From contig JABMOY010000140.1 of the NCBI GenBank assembly GCA_013203955.1, forward strand, positions 1,362 through 65,361: DNA of 64,000 nucleotides, written 5' to 3'. Both the position numbers and the translations under genes were made by a program. The notes beneath the pieces were generated by a model that saw only the letters and a list, made by a program, of their open reading frames with translations, was not told where the DNA came from and did no database searches. Source of the DNA: Rhodospirillales bacterium. GTDB lineage: Bacteria > Pseudomonadota > Alphaproteobacteria > Rhodospirillales > Casp-alpha2. This document shows positions 62,573-64,000 of the stretch, piece by piece. The first letter of the stretch is position 1, and every line of letters starts with the position of its first letter.

Positions 62573-63591
62573 GTGGCGTTCAACGCCTTCATGGTGCGGA
62601 CATTATAGTAGGTATCGTCGCCCATGCTGTTGGGCAGCTTGCCGTCGCGGAACGCTTGGCACAGGTCGCGGACAGCGTCTTCGATGGTTCGTTTGGCTTC
62701 GAAGCCCAGCACGCGTTTTATTTTGTCCGAATTGATATGATAGGAACGGTTGTCGTCCGAAGGCGTGGTGACGATGTCGATGGGGGCTTTTTCGGGGAAT
62801 TCCGCCTCGACCACGCCGCGCACAATATCGGCGATATCGGCGACGCTTTTGTTCTGGTAGCCGGCATTGAAGGTTTCGCCGTGAATTTTTTCATGCGGCG
62901 CCTTGAGCATGAGTCGATAAAGATCGCACATGTCTTGGATATGGAAGTTGGGACGAAGCTGGGTGCCACCGAAGACGGTAATCTTGCCGTTGGTGATGGC
63001 GTGGTTGGTCAGGATATTGACCGTCAAGTCGAGCCGCGTCCGGGGACTATAGCCGCACACCGTCGCCGGGCGGATGGTGACGCAGGTAAAATCATCGGCC
63101 ATGTGTTTAAACAACAGCGGTTCACACATGCCCTTATACTTGTTATACAGGGTCAGCGGCACCAGGGGGTGGTCTTCGGTCACATCCGGCGCGTCAGACA
63201 CGCCGTAAACGGAGCTCGATGAACAATAAACGAACCGCTTGACGCCGGCATCCTTGGCGGCAGTGACCATGGGCTCAAAACAATCCAGGTTGGACGACGT
63301 ACTCAAGTCCTCGTCGAGCTCGAAACTGGCGTCATTGGAAATGCAAGCCAAGTGCAGAACTGCGTCAATCCCGGCGAAGGCCCTAGCCAGCGCCTGAGTG
63401 TCGCGGATATCGCCTTTGATGATGGTTAAGTTGGGATGGTCCGGCAGCCATTCGTCGCCGAAGTACATGATGTCGAAAACGGTGACGTTGTGCCCATCTT
63501 CCAGTAATTTTGGCACTAGGGCACAGCCGACGTATCCGGCGCCGCCGGTCACCAGGACATTTTCGAATTCGGTTTTTTGTTTTTCGTTCAC
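62569..63591 (-). CDS. NAD-dependent epimerase/dehydratase (extended SDR)
   Basis: 340 aa. VLVTGGAGYVGCALV and YNKYK (YxxxK). 4-nt overlap with the downstream SDR gene. Confidence 0.85.
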   Translation of the reverse strand: MNEKQKTEFENVLVTGGAGYVGCALVPKLLEDGHNVTVFDIMYFGDEWLPDHPNLTIIKGDIRDTQALARAFAGIDAVLHLACISNDASFELDEDLSTSSNLDCFEPMVTAAKDAGVKRFVYCSSSSVYGVSDAPDVTEDHPLVPLTLYNKYKGMCEPLLFKHMADDFTCVTIRPATVCGYSPRTRLDLTVNILTNHAITNGKITVFGGTQLRPNFHIQDMCDLYRLMLKAPHEKIHGETFNAGYQNKSVADIADIVRGVVEAEFPEKAPIDIVTTPSDDNRSYHINSDKIKRVLGFEAKRTIEDAVRDLCQAFRDGKLPNSMGDDTYYNVRTMKALNAT

Positions 63592-63606
63592 GCGATGGCT
63601 CCTGTT

Positions 63607-64000
63607 TTAAGTGTCTTTTTGGGCATGGTAATTATTGCCATCAATGCGGCGAAGGGTGTTGCGGCAGGATTTATTAAGTCCGTTTATATCTCGGGCCAAG
63701 CCATCAGGGGTATCCCAGCGGGCGCTCAGCACCTTGCCGGTTAATTTTCCGGACCGCTCGGAAGCGAGGAAGGCGACCAGTTGAGCTGCTGCCTCGGGTG
63801 ACAGGTCGGCCTCCTTGGCCTTGAGGTCCCGGCGTTCTTCTGCGGTTAGAACATTATCCCAGATTTTGGTTTCGACCGGGCCGGGCGACAGGGCGTTGAC
63901 CTGGATGTTGTCGCCTTCGACCTCGGTGGCCAGCGTTTCCGTGAACCCGCAGACGGCGACCTTGGACGTGACATAGGCGGTTTGGCGTTCCGGGTGGTGT
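63607..64000 (-). CDS. Short-chain dehydrogenase/reductase, C-terminal fragment (gene starts beyond the right edge)
   Basis: Read by hand in the frame from 63999: HHPERQTAYVTSKVAVCGFTETLATEVEGDNIQVNALSPGPVETK... with a YxxxK motif. Ends at TAA 63609-63607. Not in the ORF track because it is open at the edge. Confidence 0.7.
   Translation of the reverse strand, partial: HHPERQTAYVTSKVAVCGFTETLATEVEGDNIQVNALSPGPVETKIWDNVLTAEERRDLKAKEADLSPEAAAQLVAFLASERSGKLTGKVLSARWDTPDGLARDINGLNKSCRNTLRRIDGNNYHAQKDT

Noticed and set aside
1-64000. A scan for CRISPR arrays, tRNA/rRNA genes, IS elements or transposases, integrases, prophage genes and known defence-system genes.
   Set aside because: I found no spaced direct-repeat arrays, no cloverleaf-like or rRNA-like segments in the few intergenic gaps (all under 180 nt), and no ORFs with DDE, tyrosine-recombinase or phage structural motifs. 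The window looks like core chromosome plus a glycan island.

Overview
High-GC bacterial chromosome. The gene content looks alphaproteobacterial, but that is inference only. All calls come from reading motifs in the supplied translations and the DNA; no homology search was possible.

The left ~11.6 kb is mostly housekeeping:
- two class-B (cobalamin-type) radical SAM genes, one truncated by the window edge
- a small membrane protein
- the 1617-aa NAD-specific glutamate dehydrogenase
- an Atg22/UMF1-type MFS transporter, a SIS-domain protein and an MBL-fold hydrolase
- purH, convergent with the block above

From 11.6 kb to the right edge (>52 kb) there is an almost unbroken minus-strand array of about 47 surface-glycan genes. 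Only one gene in it, a methyltransferase at 27489-28394, is on the plus strand. The array contains:
- a WbpM/PglF-type dehydratase, a WbpL/WecA-type initiating transferase, and GT4/GT2/GT-C glycosyltransferases
- an AsnB-type amidotransferase with a heparinase II/III-like partner
- a carbamoyltransferase with SxtJ- and SxtK-like partners
- three Gfo/Idh/MocA oxidoreductases and many SDR epimerase/dehydratases
- five or six methyltransferases and two radical SAM/SPASM enzymes
- manC, a split transketolase, a domain-swapped HldE-like kinase/nucleotidyltransferase, and a PglK/MsbA-like ABC exporter

The most interesting content is at about 44.9-55.6 kb:
- a tandem HTH-cupin protein of the HEPD/MPnS family whose residues match my recollection of the methylphosphonate synthase signature
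- an overlapping Fe-alcohol dehydrogenase (phosphonoacetaldehyde-reductase-like)
- an HTH-fused nucleotidyltransferase
- a sulfatase-fold protein without the formylglycine motif
- two APS-kinase homologues
- a pyruvate-kinase barrel fused to an ATP-sulfurylase-like domain with degenerate catalytic motifs

No PEP mutase or phosphonopyruvate decarboxylase is recognisable in the window. I saw no tRNA, rRNA, CRISPR array, IS element, integrase or phage genes.
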